DNA from: an uncultured Candidatus Binatia bacterium
GTDB lineage: Bacteria > Desulfobacterota > Binatia > UBA9968 > CAXXLF01
NCBI GenBank assembly: GCA_965215595.1
Contig: CBDCDW010000006.1
Span: 138,129-202,128, forward strand
Length of the DNA: 64,000 bases
Direction of reading: 5' to 3'
The notes below the pieces were generated by a model. That model saw only the letters and a program-made list of their open reading frames with translations. It made no database searches and was not told where the DNA came from. Positions 33,007 to 43,799 of this stretch are shown piece by piece. The number at the start of each line of letters is the position of its first letter. The first letter of the stretch is position 1. A program made the translations under genes and the position numbers.

Positions 33007-35304
33007 TTACTTTTCTCCCTCCAGGACACCCATAGCGCGCAGGATTTTCTCCGGGGTGAAGGGTGTCGAACGCACGCGCACTCCCACCGCATCATAGATG
33101 GCGTTTCCAATGGCCGGCGCAACGCAAGGTATGGAGACCTGCGCAATGGCCTTGGAACCAAAGGGTCCGGGTCCGTCGCCATTTTCCAGAATGATAGCAC
33201 GAAAGATTTCCGGGATATCGGTCATCAGAGGAAGGCGATACTGAAACGGATCAGCGTTCTGCAGCTGTCCATCCTGATAGTGGAGCTCTTCATAGAGGGC
33301 GAGACCCAACCCCATGGTTGCACCTCCTTCGATCTGACCCTTGGCAGAAGGGTAGTGCAACGCGATACCCGCATCCGCCACGGTGACGAACTGGAGCAGG
33401 CGAACGTTCCCGGTCTCTCGATCCACCTCCACCTCGGCTGCACCCACCCCTGGAGCCCAGTGATCATGGCCACCGAAGCTGGCGGACCCATGAGAACGAG
33501 AAGGCTGATAAGAGCCCCGTCCCTCGATTGAAACACCCGAATCCAACGACCGCTGAACTTCCGCGAAGGTCAATCTCACTTCTCCACGCCAGGCCCGTCC
33601 CCCACCCGCTTGCCACTCATCCGGATTGCCCCCTTTAATATTTGCCGCCTGGGCCGCGATTTTTTGCAGGAGGTCAGTGCAGGCCGCGTGGACCGCACCA
33701 CCCATCTGCAACGTGGTGCGCTGCGAGCTGGTGCCCGAGAATTTTAACTCGTTGGCGGTATCCGGCACTCCCACCTCCACCTGCGCCTGCGGAACATCCA
33801 ACGTCTTTGCCGCCACAACACTGATCATCGTAAACGCACCCTCCCCCACGTCCGGAGCGTTATGAGAGATGGTAACCCGTCCATCGGACCCCAGGGTCGC
33901 CAGCGCTTCCGCCGTTCCTACGTGAGAACCCCGGCGCATTGAAACGGAAATCCCGCGTCCCCTAACGACTCGCGCTGCCGCATCGCGCGTTTTGGTTTTC
34001 TTTTCATTGGGGTCCCAGCCGATTCCTTTCATTGCCTTCTCAATCAATTCAGACAAATGGGTGTCCACCGGCGGGGTCACAGCCTTGGACTCCTTGCCCC
34101 CGCGTTTCCAGAACTCGGGCGCGATGTATTCCCCCCAACGCAAAAGATTTTTCAGGCGGAATTCCACCGGATCCATCCCCAGTCGATGAGCAACATTGTC
34201 CATGGCACTGTCCACGGCAAAGGTGGTCTGATTTTTCCCCGTGTTACGAAACGGGCCGCAGGGCACTTTGTTTGTGAAGACGGTGCGCGCACGAACCCTA
34301 AAGTGAGGCACCCGGAAGCCACCCATGGACGAAGTCATGATGTTGTTAAGGATGATCGTCGCGCCGGTATAGTAACCACCGGTATCCACGAGGGCATCCA
34401 CGTCGAGACCAAGAATTGTCCCGTCTGCCTTGACCCCGATTCGTGCCTTGTAAACCATATTATCCTTCGCAGAGGCGCGGAAACTCTCTTCATCCGTAAC
34501 GACATACTTGATGGGTCGCCCGATCTGGCGCGAGAGCGCAGAGGCCACCATTGCCTCCTCGGATTGGTCTTTACCTCCGAAGTTTCCACCCACGAAAGGC
34601 ACTCGTACGCGAACCTTCTCTCGATTGAGTTCAAAAAGATGAGCGGCTGTATCCGCCACACGGTGTGGGCTGTTGGTGGGCACCCAGAAGTCCAGCATTT
34701 CATCGGTGAAATTCACCAAAGCACAACTGGCTGGTTCCATGGGATGGTGGTAAACATTTGGGCAGATAAAGGACTCTTCAAAAACGTGTTGAGCCTCTTT
34801 CATGGCACCATCCACGTCTCCCCATTCCATGGTGTCCTCTCTGGCTAGATTTGATCCAAGTTCCTCGTGAACCAGGGGAGCGCCAGGGGCCAGAGCCTCC
34901 TCAGCAGAGAACACCGGCGTTAATACCTCGTACTCCACATGGACTCGTGCCGCCGCCTGGCGCGCGGTGCGCAGGTCTGCGGCAGCAACCATCCCCAAAA
35001 AGTCGCCATCGTAGCGGACCTTGTCCATGCTGACGGTAATCTGGTCCGCCGCCGTTCGGGTGAGATTAATATGGGTGGGGCCCACTTGATCCATTCGGAT
35101 CACCCCATAGACACCGGGCATACGTTCCGCCTCCGATGAGTCAATGGAAAGAACCCGGGCATGGGAGTATGGGCTACGAAAAGCCGCCGCAAAGGCCATG
35201 CGCGGCAAATGGGCAAGGTCGTCCACGTACTTTGCCTGGCCTGTGACCTTTTCCAATGCGTCAACGCGTGTATGCTCGCGATTCGTCTCAGCAGGCGTGC
35301 TCAT
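33007..35304 (-). CDS. Molybdopterin-binding large subunit of a xanthine dehydrogenase/aldehyde oxidase-family hydroxylase
   Basis: 765 aa. Ald_Xan_dh_C and C2 domain layout; GGNFGGK, VPCGPFR-like and GEGAFT motifs. Confidence 0.8.
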   Translation of the reverse strand: MSTPAETNREHTRVDALEKVTGQAKYVDDLAHLPRMAFAAAFRSPYSHARVLSIDSSEAERMPGVYGVIRMDQVGPTHINLTRTAADQITVSMDKVRYDGDFLGMVAAADLRTARQAAARVHVEYEVLTPVFSAEEALAPGAPLVHEELGSNLAREDTMEWGDVDGAMKEAQHVFEESFICPNVYHHPMEPASCALVNFTDEMLDFWVPTNSPHRVADTAAHLFELNREKVRVRVPFVGGNFGGKDQSEEAMVASALSRQIGRPIKYVVTDEESFRASAKDNMVYKARIGVKADGTILGLDVDALVDTGGYYTGATIILNNIMTSSMGGFRVPHFRVRARTVFTNKVPCGPFRNTGKNQTTFAVDSAMDNVAHRLGMDPVEFRLKNLLRWGEYIAPEFWKRGGKESKAVTPPVDTHLSELIEKAMKGIGWDPNEKKTKTRDAAARVVRGRGISVSMRRGSHVGTAEALATLGSDGRVTISHNAPDVGEGAFTMISVVAAKTLDVPQAQVEVGVPDTANELKFSGTSSQRTTLQMGGAVHAACTDLLQKIAAQAANIKGGNPDEWQAGGGRAWRGEVRLTFAEVQRSLDSGVSIEGRGSYQPSRSHGSASFGGHDHWAPGVGAAEVEVDRETGNVRLLQFVTVADAGIALHYPSAKGQIEGGATMGLGLALYEELHYQDGQLQNADPFQYRLPLMTDIPEIFRAIILENGDGPGPFGSKAIAQVSIPCVAPAIGNAIYDAVGVRVRSTPFTPEKILRAMGVLEGEK

Positions 35305-35341
35305 CTATTCCTCCAAGTGACAACCAACCCTTTTCGCCGCA

Positions 35342-36538
35342 TCAAACCAATTCCGGGGCATCCTCGCCCCGCACGTAAACCACCTTGTTCTTTTCCGGAT
35401 CACGAATAATATGTTTCGGGTCGCGCCCCTTGCGTACCGCCTCCACCGAAAGGAGGCACATTACCCGCTGGGCGGTTAATACCTTATCATGGAACCCGAG
35501 ATGTTCTTTACTGCGGTCAGCTATGATCCCCTGAGACTCGTTGACCATACTGTCCTGAACCAAAAAGCCCTTGACTGCCGAGGCCTCAGTTCGATTGGGG
35601 ATACCCGAGATGGTATTGGCCTCTTCGTAACGCCTGTAGTAATCGTTGTGTGGACCGGGAGCATCGTATGGTCTGTCCACCGGCCACTCGAAGAGCTTGC
35701 CGTTCTGGTCTGGGGGTGAAAAGTAAACCTGAAATCTCCTGGTACTGCCATCGTCCATGGGCACATACCAGGACTGAAATTTCTGAATGAGGGTTCTATC
35801 CCTTGGACTACCCTGGATCCTCATAAAACCGGCCGGCATAAAAAAGTGGGCATAAACGAGATCGACAATTTCCCGACCGATGTCAGGGAGTAATGACTTC
35901 TGCCAGATGCCCCATTCCAATTCATGGAATTCCAGATGAGGCTTGGGCATAGATTGTAATCTGTGTTTGACCTTGGACCAATTGTCCATGTGAAGATACG
36001 AAAAGTGAACCGAGTCCACAGCACCTTCGACATTTTGCAGGTAGTTACTATTGATGTCATAGAAATCCACCTTGCGGCTGCCATCTTCTCTGATCAACAC
36101 CTCATAGCGTGGAAGCAACGGCTTTTTATCCGGCGGTCCCATATAGGTAAAGATCACCCCACCAAGCTCCTCACATGGATAAGATAAATGACCCACCCTC
36201 TCACAAAAGGGCTCCGGCTCCGCCGGTTGTTCCAAACAACGTCCTGCTACGTCGTATAGCCATCCGTGAAACGGACAGCGGATACCCCCATCCTCTACGC
36301 GACCGTAGGCAAGAGAGGTGAGCCGATGGGAACAGTTCAGTCCCAGGAGCCCCGCACGACCTTGATCATCGCGAAACAAAACCAGCTCTTCCCCCATTAT
36401 CTTGATCTGTTGGGGTTTCCCACCCGAAATTACATGCTTTGAAATTCCAACGGGCTGCCAATACCTGCGCAGCCACTCCCCTCCGGGTGTCCCTCGGTCA
36501 GTTTTGCAGAGAAGCTCGTTTTGTTCCCTAGTTAACAT
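35342..36538 (-). CDS. Rieske [2Fe-2S] non-heme iron oxygenase alpha-subunit-like protein
   Basis: 398 aa. CSHRLTSLAYGRVEDGGIRCPFHGW Rieske motif followed by a catalytic-domain-like region. Confidence 0.78.
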   Translation of the reverse strand: MLTREQNELLCKTDRGTPGGEWLRRYWQPVGISKHVISGGKPQQIKIMGEELVLFRDDQGRAGLLGLNCSHRLTSLAYGRVEDGGIRCPFHGWLYDVAGRCLEQPAEPEPFCERVGHLSYPCEELGGVIFTYMGPPDKKPLLPRYEVLIREDGSRKVDFYDINSNYLQNVEGAVDSVHFSYLHMDNWSKVKHRLQSMPKPHLEFHELEWGIWQKSLLPDIGREIVDLVYAHFFMPAGFMRIQGSPRDRTLIQKFQSWYVPMDDGSTRRFQVYFSPPDQNGKLFEWPVDRPYDAPGPHNDYYRRYEEANTISGIPNRTEASAVKGFLVQDSMVNESQGIIADRSKEHLGFHDKVLTAQRVMCLLSVEAVRKGRDPKHIIRDPEKNKVVYVRGEDAPELV

Positions 36539-36685
36539 TGGATCCTCCTATGAGATGGCGCTCATGGCACAACAAGTAGGGTCTTGTAACCGCGCAGCTT
36601 AACAAAGGCGGCCCTAATGCGTCAACGGTATGCGTGCTAGGCTAGAGAGTATGGTGTTATTGCAGCATTGACGGGAGTTTATCAC

Positions 36686-38068
36686 TCATTTAATATATTT
36701 GCTTACATCCACCCGCTCTACTGCGTCACTGGGGACTTCATTGCGCTTTGGAAACTCCCCTATGAGCGGCTTTGTGGCGTCAACGATGGCAACGGCGTCA
36801 CCCAACCACGGGCGGAAGTTCTGGACCTGGCGAATGACTTCCAAATCTTTGTCCCAATGGGTTCGGGTGGCTACTGCCCACATGACTTCTCGTTCCATGA
36901 ACACATCTACGTCTTCGTCCACCACTACGGCCAGCTTGAGGTTGGGCATCTCCACAAACGCCTGCATGGCGGCTTTACGGGGCTCGTTGTTAAACTTCTT
37001 TTTGATGGAAATATAACAGATGGTGCGACCACAACCCGAGGGTGGGAGAGTAATGGCTGTAATACCGGGGATATTCTTTTTGATGACGTTGTATACGCTA
37101 GCCTCTTTAGGAATCGATCCCAGCAGCCAGTGGTCCATTTGCCCCGCCCAGATATCCTGCATGATGGCCTTTTTCTTGTGAGTAATTGCCGTGATTTCGA
37201 TCACCGGGACGTTCATCTGTGCCTGATAGTAACCCATGACTTCACCGAAGGGGTTCTGAGATTCCCTCACGTTGGGTACCACTTCTCCCTCCACAATAAT
37301 TTCGGCGTCGGCAGGCACGAGAAATTCATCCTTCCATGTCTCGGATGGAGTAAGGCGCAAAGGTTCCTGAAGAAAGGCCGAGGCAGTCAAGTAATCGTTG
37401 TTACCGTACGGGGTCATACTGCATGAGGAGAGGTAAAAGGCGGGATGGTGTCCGAGCACGATGATCACCGGCGCCCTTCGATCCTTCTTCTCGTATTCCG
37501 TGACCATCGTCTCAAGGTGATGATGAACGTGAGCCGAGAAACTCGTTCTCCTCGGCCCGTAGAACATGTTCTTGGTGAACGTAATGTCATAAAAGTCGTC
37601 TTCCATTCTTTTCATGACACAGGCCATGGTAAAATACGGACCCACATCATCCTTGTGATGCATGGGCACGGGAAGGGTCGTCAGGTCCGCCTGATCCCCT
37701 CGAACCACGACCTCCCTGCAGGGGGCTTTCGCGGGGGCCACGATTTCCGTTTCGCCCTTTTGCAACTCGCGTCGTGAGATTTCCAGGCCCAGATCCATAT
37801 TTGACTTGAGCTCCCCCATTCCCAGCCCATCGGCACAGTATTGGCGCGTAACAAACGGGTTATAGAACAGTGGGAAGGGAGAAGACTTCCCCCCCAGAGT
37901 GAGGACATTTTCAAAGAGGACCATTTTTTCAACGCCCTTTCGATCCAGCTGTTGCAAAAAAGCGATGGTCTCAAAACGATTGGGGTCGATGGCCTCTTTA
38001 ACACGAATGACCGACCCTGGCCTCTGTTTCTCTTCCATGGCGAGGAAATTTTGCAAGTCCTTGCTCAT
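36686..38068 (-). CDS. UbiD-family (prFMN-dependent) decarboxylase
   Basis: 460 aa, with UbiD-like domain organisation throughout. Confidence 0.75.
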   Translation of the reverse strand: MSKDLQNFLAMEEKQRPGSVIRVKEAIDPNRFETIAFLQQLDRKGVEKMVLFENVLTLGGKSSPFPLFYNPFVTRQYCADGLGMGELKSNMDLGLEISRRELQKGETEIVAPAKAPCREVVVRGDQADLTTLPVPMHHKDDVGPYFTMACVMKRMEDDFYDITFTKNMFYGPRRTSFSAHVHHHLETMVTEYEKKDRRAPVIIVLGHHPAFYLSSCSMTPYGNNDYLTASAFLQEPLRLTPSETWKDEFLVPADAEIIVEGEVVPNVRESQNPFGEVMGYYQAQMNVPVIEITAITHKKKAIMQDIWAGQMDHWLLGSIPKEASVYNVIKKNIPGITAITLPPSGCGRTICYISIKKKFNNEPRKAAMQAFVEMPNLKLAVVVDEDVDVFMEREVMWAVATRTHWDKDLEVIRQVQNFRPWLGDAVAIVDATKPLIGEFPKRNEVPSDAVERVDVSKYIK

Positions 38069-38229
38069 ACCAGTCCTCCTGAAGTTGATAGCCCGCCATT
38101 TAGCGCTTAGGGCTCTTTTCCTAGCGCATTACTACCTTGCCCGCAGAATCGAGTCAAATGCACTGTTGCTCCATATAGCAAAGTGGGGTGAGAATTGTTT
38201 CGTTAGCCGTGTCCTACTAAAGAAATGAA

Positions 38230-38730
38230 GTTTGCACATTCCCCATCATCGTTAACTTAGGGTTTCGGGGTCTTGCTTCGCTCCACGGGACTCCCGCAGC
38301 GACCCACCCGGCATTCACTCCTATGAACCTCCAAAGCTTCAGCGCTCCTCGTGGAGCGAGTCTCGGTTCGGCTGAGCTCACCGTCGAAGCCCGGCCGCGG
38401 GCAACAGGTCTGTGATTATCTGAAGCTGAACGTTCGATGCCCACGGCCTTCCGTCTCGCTCCCCAGCGTCGCCTTACGGTTTTGGGGCGCAGGGGGAGTG
38501 GACCGAAGAGAGGGAGACGTCCGATACTGGAGGTTCAAGCCATATTGACATATCAGATCAAATGACGGGGCCTCGAGGCCTTGGCCCATCGGCTCCCGCT
38601 GAGGGGCAGGCCCCCGAGCCCCACCTCACATAGGTGAATGAGCGTTCCCGCCGTGGGACCGTTAAAGCGTGGTTCGACTTTGCTCACCATCCCGAGCCTG
38701 TCGAAGGAAAGGGAAAGCAGCTCCTATGAA
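38230..38730. repeat. Copy 2 of the ~0.6-kb non-coding repeat family. Mostly inverted relative to copy 1 at 27300-27960.
   Basis: See copy 1. It sits between the divergent UbiD-family gene and glnE. Confidence 0.6.
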
Positions 38731-38858
38731 TCATGTTCAATCCTTTGCCAGCACTGATGTTCTCAACCGACAGAACCACACTTTTTAACGGTGACTCAGG
38801 CACCGACTTGCACCTCCATTAACGCAGCATTATTCTAAAAAAGGAGCATTCACGAAAC

Positions 38859-41800
38859 ATGAACATACTTGAAGCGATAGCTGGATTGGCGACTAGCGAA
38901 CGCGAGCGCATGGAACGGCTGATCCAAGATAGCCCCTCCCCCACGCTTGCCCAAAGCAACCTTCCTAGACTCATTGAAGCCGCAGGAATCGAGTCCATCC
39001 AAAAGGTTCCCGACGACTATCTGCCCGCGCTACTTCGTCTCTTGGGTGGTAGTGCCTATCTCAGCGAAATCCTGGTTCGTATGGGTTCCGACTGGCCAAA
39101 GGTCTTTGTGGAGGCTATCAGAGTCCCACAGAAATCCCTGAGTGAGCACCTCTCGGAACTTTCTTACTTGTCCGTCCAAGAGGTCGCCTATGACCAGTTG
39201 GCCGGCGGTTTACGTCAGCACAAGCAACGGCAAATGCTACGGATCGGTGCCAGAGATCTCTCCTCTTTGGCTTCGCCCATTGAGACAATGAGGGAACTTA
39301 CAACTTTAGCAGAGGCCTCCCTTCATACGGCCTACCTTTGCTGTTCCTCCGAGTTAGAAAATGAATTTGGCCGCATCTGTCTTCCCGGCACAGAGACGAG
39401 AAATGGTTTTGCGATTTTGGGTATGGGGAAACTCGGAGGGGGTGAGCTGAACTTTAGTTCGGATATCGATCTCATCTACCTCTATGAACAAGATCAGGAC
39501 GAGAGTGACGGGGGACCTAAAGGAAAAATAGGAGCCCGCGATTATTTCACCCGGTTGGCCGAACGTATCACCCGGCTCATGGGGGATATCACAGAAGATG
39601 GATTTGTCTTTCGGACCGATCTGCGGCTTCGTCCCCACGGGCGCAATGGCCCGCTGGTTCAATCCCTCGATTCCACTTTGCTTTACTATGAATCCTGGGG
39701 ACAGTCCTGGGAACGCGCCGCGCTCATCAAAGCTCGGCCGGTGGCGGGTGACAGGAAGATGGGGGAACGATTTCTCAAGGCAGTTGAGCCTTTCATTTAC
39801 CGCCGACACCTGGATTACACCACCGTGGAGGATTTGCGGGAAATGAAATTACGCATTGAGCAGGAGTTAGTGGGTCCCGGTGGGAAGGAACGGGATTTAA
39901 AGCAGGGAACCGGTGGGATCCGTGAGGTGGAATTTTTCACCCAGGCCCTGCAATTGGTGAACGGCGGATACGAATCACGCATTCGGGGTCAAAACACGAT
40001 GCGGGCCCTGGAGCAGCTGGCAAAACACAATTTCATACCAGCAGATGAAAAAACGGATCTTTACGAGGCCTATATCTTCCTGCGCAATGTAGAGCACAAG
40101 GTACAGATGGTTAGAGAGGCACACTCATTTATTATCCCCAAGGACGAGGAAGCAGAACGGTTCCTGGCGCGTCGTTTGAACTATGTAAAGGGATCCCAGG
40201 GCGATGAACGCCATCTCTTCTGGCAGGACTATCACAAGCGTACCGTTTTGGTTAGACGGGCTTTTGAGCGGCTCTTTTACAGTGCCCAAAAGGAAATTGA
40301 ACCTGAAAAGACATCCATTATCGGAAAGCTATGGGGTCATCTGGATCATGAGGAGTCGGTGCTGGAAGAACTCAAAAAGCTCGGCTTCACGGATGCCGGA
40401 CGGACCTACCGTACCCTTCTGGAGGTAAGAGACGGCACCCCCTACTCTCCCCCCAGCCCCAGGAGACTCAAGGTCATGGCTGCTCTGGGCCCCGCACTGA
40501 TCTCCGAGATCCTTCGATTCGACTCGCCGGACCAAACCCTCTTCAACCTGGCCGAGTTCAGTCATAGGGTGGGTGGTCGCACTGGATTTCTCTCTCTCCT
40601 AGCCGAGAACCCCAGGACCATGCGCCTCTTGATCAGCTTGTTCGCCAGCAGTCAGTTCCTAACCGATCTATTTCTAAAACGCGCCGAACTGCTGGACAGC
40701 TTGATCCGTGTTGATCTTAGCCGGCTCAGAAAAACCAGGGACGAGATGTTGGCCGAGCTGGTAAGTCACCTGGACGAAGAGGAAGACCTGCAAGTTAAAC
40801 TCAACTCTCTCAGGCGTTACCGGGCAGAGGAATTCATTCGCATCGGGCTTCACGACATTGGGGGAGAACTGGAACTCGAGGAGGTAATCGAACAGCTTTC
40901 GGATTTGGCCGAGGCTTGCCTCCGAGGGGCGGTGAGACTCGCCACTCATGAGTTAGAAGCGAGCTATGGTCGAATTCCCAAGGGAGCCTTCGCGGTTGTT
41001 GCCATGGGAAAACTCGGTGGAAGAGAGATCAACTACCACTCCGACCTGGATCTCATTTTTATCTACGATACCCCTCTAGGGGCCAGGAGCGACGGGGGCA
41101 CCTCGGCAGGTGTTGAGGCTCACGAATACTATGTGCGCATCGGGCAGAAACTCATGACATTCCTTTCAGCTACAATGGAAGAAGGAGTCGTCTACAAGAT
41201 CGATATGCGCCTTCGCCCTTCGGGAAACGCTGGTCCTCTGGTCACGTCCTTGGATGCCTTTTGCGACTATCACCAGACCAGCTCCGAGCTATGGGAAAGG
41301 CAGGCCCTCATCAAGGCTCGCTTCGTGGCAGGAGACTCGGACCTCGGAAAAGACGCTGAGAGGGCAGCAGAGGTCACAGCCTATGGAGAGGGGCTTCCGA
41401 AAGACGGGATTGAAAAAATAGATCACCTGCGGATGCGCATGGAGCAAGAGCAGGCTGGGGAAACCGACTCCACGTTTAACCTAAAAAAAGGCAAAGGTGG
41501 AATGGTGGATATCGAGTTTGTCACGCAGATGCTACAGCTCACCCATGGCCACCTCCACCCTACAATGCGCCAGAAAAGGACCCTGCAGGCCCTGAGTGAA
41601 CTCAGGGACCGCGAACTCATAGACCAAGGAGAATACACTCTGTTATCAAACGGCTATCGTTTTCTGCGCCAAATTGATCATCGTTTGCGTCTGAAACATA
41701 ACCAGTCAATCGATCTGCTAGAGCGCAAACCGAGTCAGTTACAGGGAATCGCCAAGGCCATGGGCTATAGAGGCGACAGAAATAATAGTGAAGGCGAATT

Positions 41801-41891
41801 CCTGCTTGAAGATTACGAGAATCGCCGCGATCAAATTCGTTCCTGCTACGATCGGTTCTTCAAGACAACTAGTGTAGTGACTCTTAAATGA
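38859..41891 (+). CDS. glnE: Bifunctional glutamine synthetase adenylyltransferase/deadenylase
   Basis: 1010 aa with two nucleotidyltransferase domains (ILGMGKLGGGELNFSSDIDLIYLY and VVAMGKLGGREINYHSDLDLIFIY), each followed by a GlnE-type helical domain. Confidence 0.85.
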   Translation: MNILEAIAGLATSERERMERLIQDSPSPTLAQSNLPRLIEAAGIESIQKVPDDYLPALLRLLGGSAYLSEILVRMGSDWPKVFVEAIRVPQKSLSEHLSELSYLSVQEVAYDQLAGGLRQHKQRQMLRIGARDLSSLASPIETMRELTTLAEASLHTAYLCCSSELENEFGRICLPGTETRNGFAILGMGKLGGGELNFSSDIDLIYLYEQDQDESDGGPKGKIGARDYFTRLAERITRLMGDITEDGFVFRTDLRLRPHGRNGPLVQSLDSTLLYYESWGQSWERAALIKARPVAGDRKMGERFLKAVEPFIYRRHLDYTTVEDLREMKLRIEQELVGPGGKERDLKQGTGGIREVEFFTQALQLVNGGYESRIRGQNTMRALEQLAKHNFIPADEKTDLYEAYIFLRNVEHKVQMVREAHSFIIPKDEEAERFLARRLNYVKGSQGDERHLFWQDYHKRTVLVRRAFERLFYSAQKEIEPEKTSIIGKLWGHLDHEESVLEELKKLGFTDAGRTYRTLLEVRDGTPYSPPSPRRLKVMAALGPALISEILRFDSPDQTLFNLAEFSHRVGGRTGFLSLLAENPRTMRLLISLFASSQFLTDLFLKRAELLDSLIRVDLSRLRKTRDEMLAELVSHLDEEEDLQVKLNSLRRYRAEEFIRIGLHDIGGELELEEVIEQLSDLAEACLRGAVRLATHELEASYGRIPKGAFAVVAMGKLGGREINYHSDLDLIFIYDTPLGARSDGGTSAGVEAHEYYVRIGQKLMTFLSATMEEGVVYKIDMRLRPSGNAGPLVTSLDAFCDYHQTSSELWERQALIKARFVAGDSDLGKDAERAAEVTAYGEGLPKDGIEKIDHLRMRMEQEQAGETDSTFNLKKGKGGMVDIEFVTQMLQLTHGHLHPTMRQKRTLQALSELRDRELIDQGEYTLLSNGYRFLRQIDHRLRLKHNQSIDLLERKPSQLQGIAKAMGYRGDRNNSEGEFLLEDYENRRDQIRSCYDRFFKTTSVVTLK

Positions 41892-42247
41892 AGGTACTTA
41901 TTCTTCGACGTAACAATTTAGTATCCGGGAATGATATTTCATGCGAAAGACCCTATATCCCAAGACATCACGGCAGGTTATCATCCCGCTGGCATGTAGC
42001 ATATCCGCCGCCATGATGCTTGACCAAGGTTTTTCTATTCACCACGAAGCGCACAAAGGACACGAAGAACGGACAACCGGATTAGAAAAGCAACCGGATT
42101 TCAACATGCTATTGTCTTCCTTCGTGCCCTTCGTGTCCTTCGTGGTGGTGTACTTCGGATGAAGTACCAACAGCCTGAGACACTGCACTAGTGGTGAGTC
42201 CGATTAAGATTCGAAGTGTTTACCGAGGTTAATGGGTTCCACAGCCC

Positions 42248-43204
42248 TCAACCGCTTTTCCGGTAACGCTCACGTTCAAGATCCAGTTCGGTCTTGAGCC
42301 CAATGGCGTGCAGCGCTGCATCGGCCTCCTCAAGGGTGTTGCTTCCCGCAAGGGCTTGCGCTGGCCGAGAAAGGGTCTGGAAGACCACTGAAGGAGAAAG
42401 AAAAAATGTCACTGCCGTTAGCGGGGTCAGCTTCACGGTTCTCTCCTCGTTACGGATCAATCTCTCCCCCCACGCCCCCAGCGCACATTCCACGGGTATG
42501 GCGCTTGCCTCGGTATTGACCCGTTTGATCACCTCCCGTAACTCTGCCACAACCCTCGGGGTAAGGGCCCAACCTCCCAGGAAACCACCTCCCTTCGCCA
42601 CTATGCTCAAAGCTTTTTCCACCTCATCTGTAGTCAATTCACCGTCGCTACCATAACCGAAAACCCCCCATATGGTTTGAACTCCCTGTTTTTCCATCTC
42701 AGCACACGCTGCAAGCATGACAGAATCCGCAAGCGGGCTTCGAAGACCCTTCTCTCCTCCCTGGGCGAGGGAATCACCCCCCACGTCGAGGCCAATGAGA
42801 AGATCCGCGTTGAATTCCTTAAGGGCCAGCTTGAGGCCTTCAACGACACCTCCAACTCCACCGTTGATGTCCACCAGCAAAACATCCTGGCCAAGGAATT
42901 CTGCCATTCTAGATTCGGCAAAATAGACACCGGAGCGGGTCTTGGTCTGGGAATTCGCCATCCCCATTCGAGGGTGAATGAGCTTTACGTTCTGGATTTC
43001 ATCCAAGGACCGGGGACCGGGAATGGGATCATAAACATATCGTTCCCAGGAGAGTCCGCCGAGGGTAAATTTGATGCCACAGAATTCTACAAAGCGCGCG
43101 GCTGCGAGGGCACCCACAACGTCCCCACCCCCACCCACACCAATAACCAGGGCATGGGAAGACGAACGGATTAAGTCTTCCAGTGACTGAATAGCTCTCT
43201 CCAT
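42248..43204 (-). CDS. Hypothetical protein, possibly DUF1152-like (glycine-rich VIGVGGGGD motif)
   Basis: 318 aa. ALVIGVGGGGDVVGAL and DINGGVGGV glycine loops. Family assignment is tentative. Confidence 0.35.
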   Translation of the reverse strand: MERAIQSLEDLIRSSSHALVIGVGGGGDVVGALAAARFVEFCGIKFTLGGLSWERYVYDPIPGPRSLDEIQNVKLIHPRMGMANSQTKTRSGVYFAESRMAEFLGQDVLLVDINGGVGGVVEGLKLALKEFNADLLIGLDVGGDSLAQGGEKGLRSPLADSVMLAACAEMEKQGVQTIWGVFGYGSDGELTTDEVEKALSIVAKGGGFLGGWALTPRVVAELREVIKRVNTEASAIPVECALGAWGERLIRNEERTVKLTPLTAVTFFLSPSVVFQTLSRPAQALAGSNTLEEADAALHAIGLKTELDLERERYRKSG

Positions 43205-43262
43205 GGAGTCATCTCAAAGAACAACAGAGTCGCCTGTAACCACTTAGTGTATAATCACGGCC

Positions 43263-43799
43263 TTAATCTTCACTACCACCCTTCCGCTCATGGCAGTCAT
43301 TTCCTATCCTGTTCCTGAGAAACGCTACTGCTTTTGTCATGGTTTGTCTTTCAGTGGGATAGGCCAACCGGCTTATTGCGTCTGAAATGGGTGACCAGCA
43401 GACTTCTTCAACCTCCTGATCGTGCCGACTCATGTCGCCACCGAGGCAATGGATCAGAAAAAAATAAACGCGTTTAAAGATCTTTACAGAATCGGAATTG
43501 TTTTTATCCTTACCTGTGAACCAGTAGGTGATATCCCCAATCTCTGCCACCACCTCTCCATCAAGCCCGGTCTCCTCCCTCACCTCTCGCAGGGCCGTCT
43601 CCTGGAGTTCTTCCCCCTTCTCCACCTGTCCTTTGGGTAGACACCAGCGTGGACCTACTCGAATCAGGGCTACTTCTATAGTCCCGTTACATTCACGGTA
43701 AACCACCCCACCGGAAGATATTTCTCTTAGCGTGCGCACAACATCCCTATTTCTTGCCAGTGGCCAATTCCTCCTCCATCCAATGAAGATAGCTCTCAC
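43263..43799 (-). CDS. NUDIX hydrolase
   Basis: Nudix box GQVEKGEELQETALREVREETGL. The start may be downstream of 43799 because the ORF overlaps cutA. Confidence 0.78.
   Translation of the reverse strand: MRAIFIGWRRNWPLARNRDVVRTLREISSGGVVYRECNGTIEVALIRVGPRWCLPKGQVEKGEELQETALREVREETGLDGEVVAEIGDITYWFTGKDKNNSDSVKIFKRVYFFLIHCLGGDMSRHDQEVEEVCWSPISDAISRLAYPTERQTMTKAVAFLRNRIGNDCHERKGGSED

Noticed and set aside
42110-42170. Tandem CCTTCGTG x3 followed by the perfect hairpin GTACTTCGGATGAAGTAC between convergent glnE and the DUF1152-like gene
   Set aside because: This is probably a terminator or REP-like hairpin. It is a single occurrence with no T-tract, so it is not developed further.
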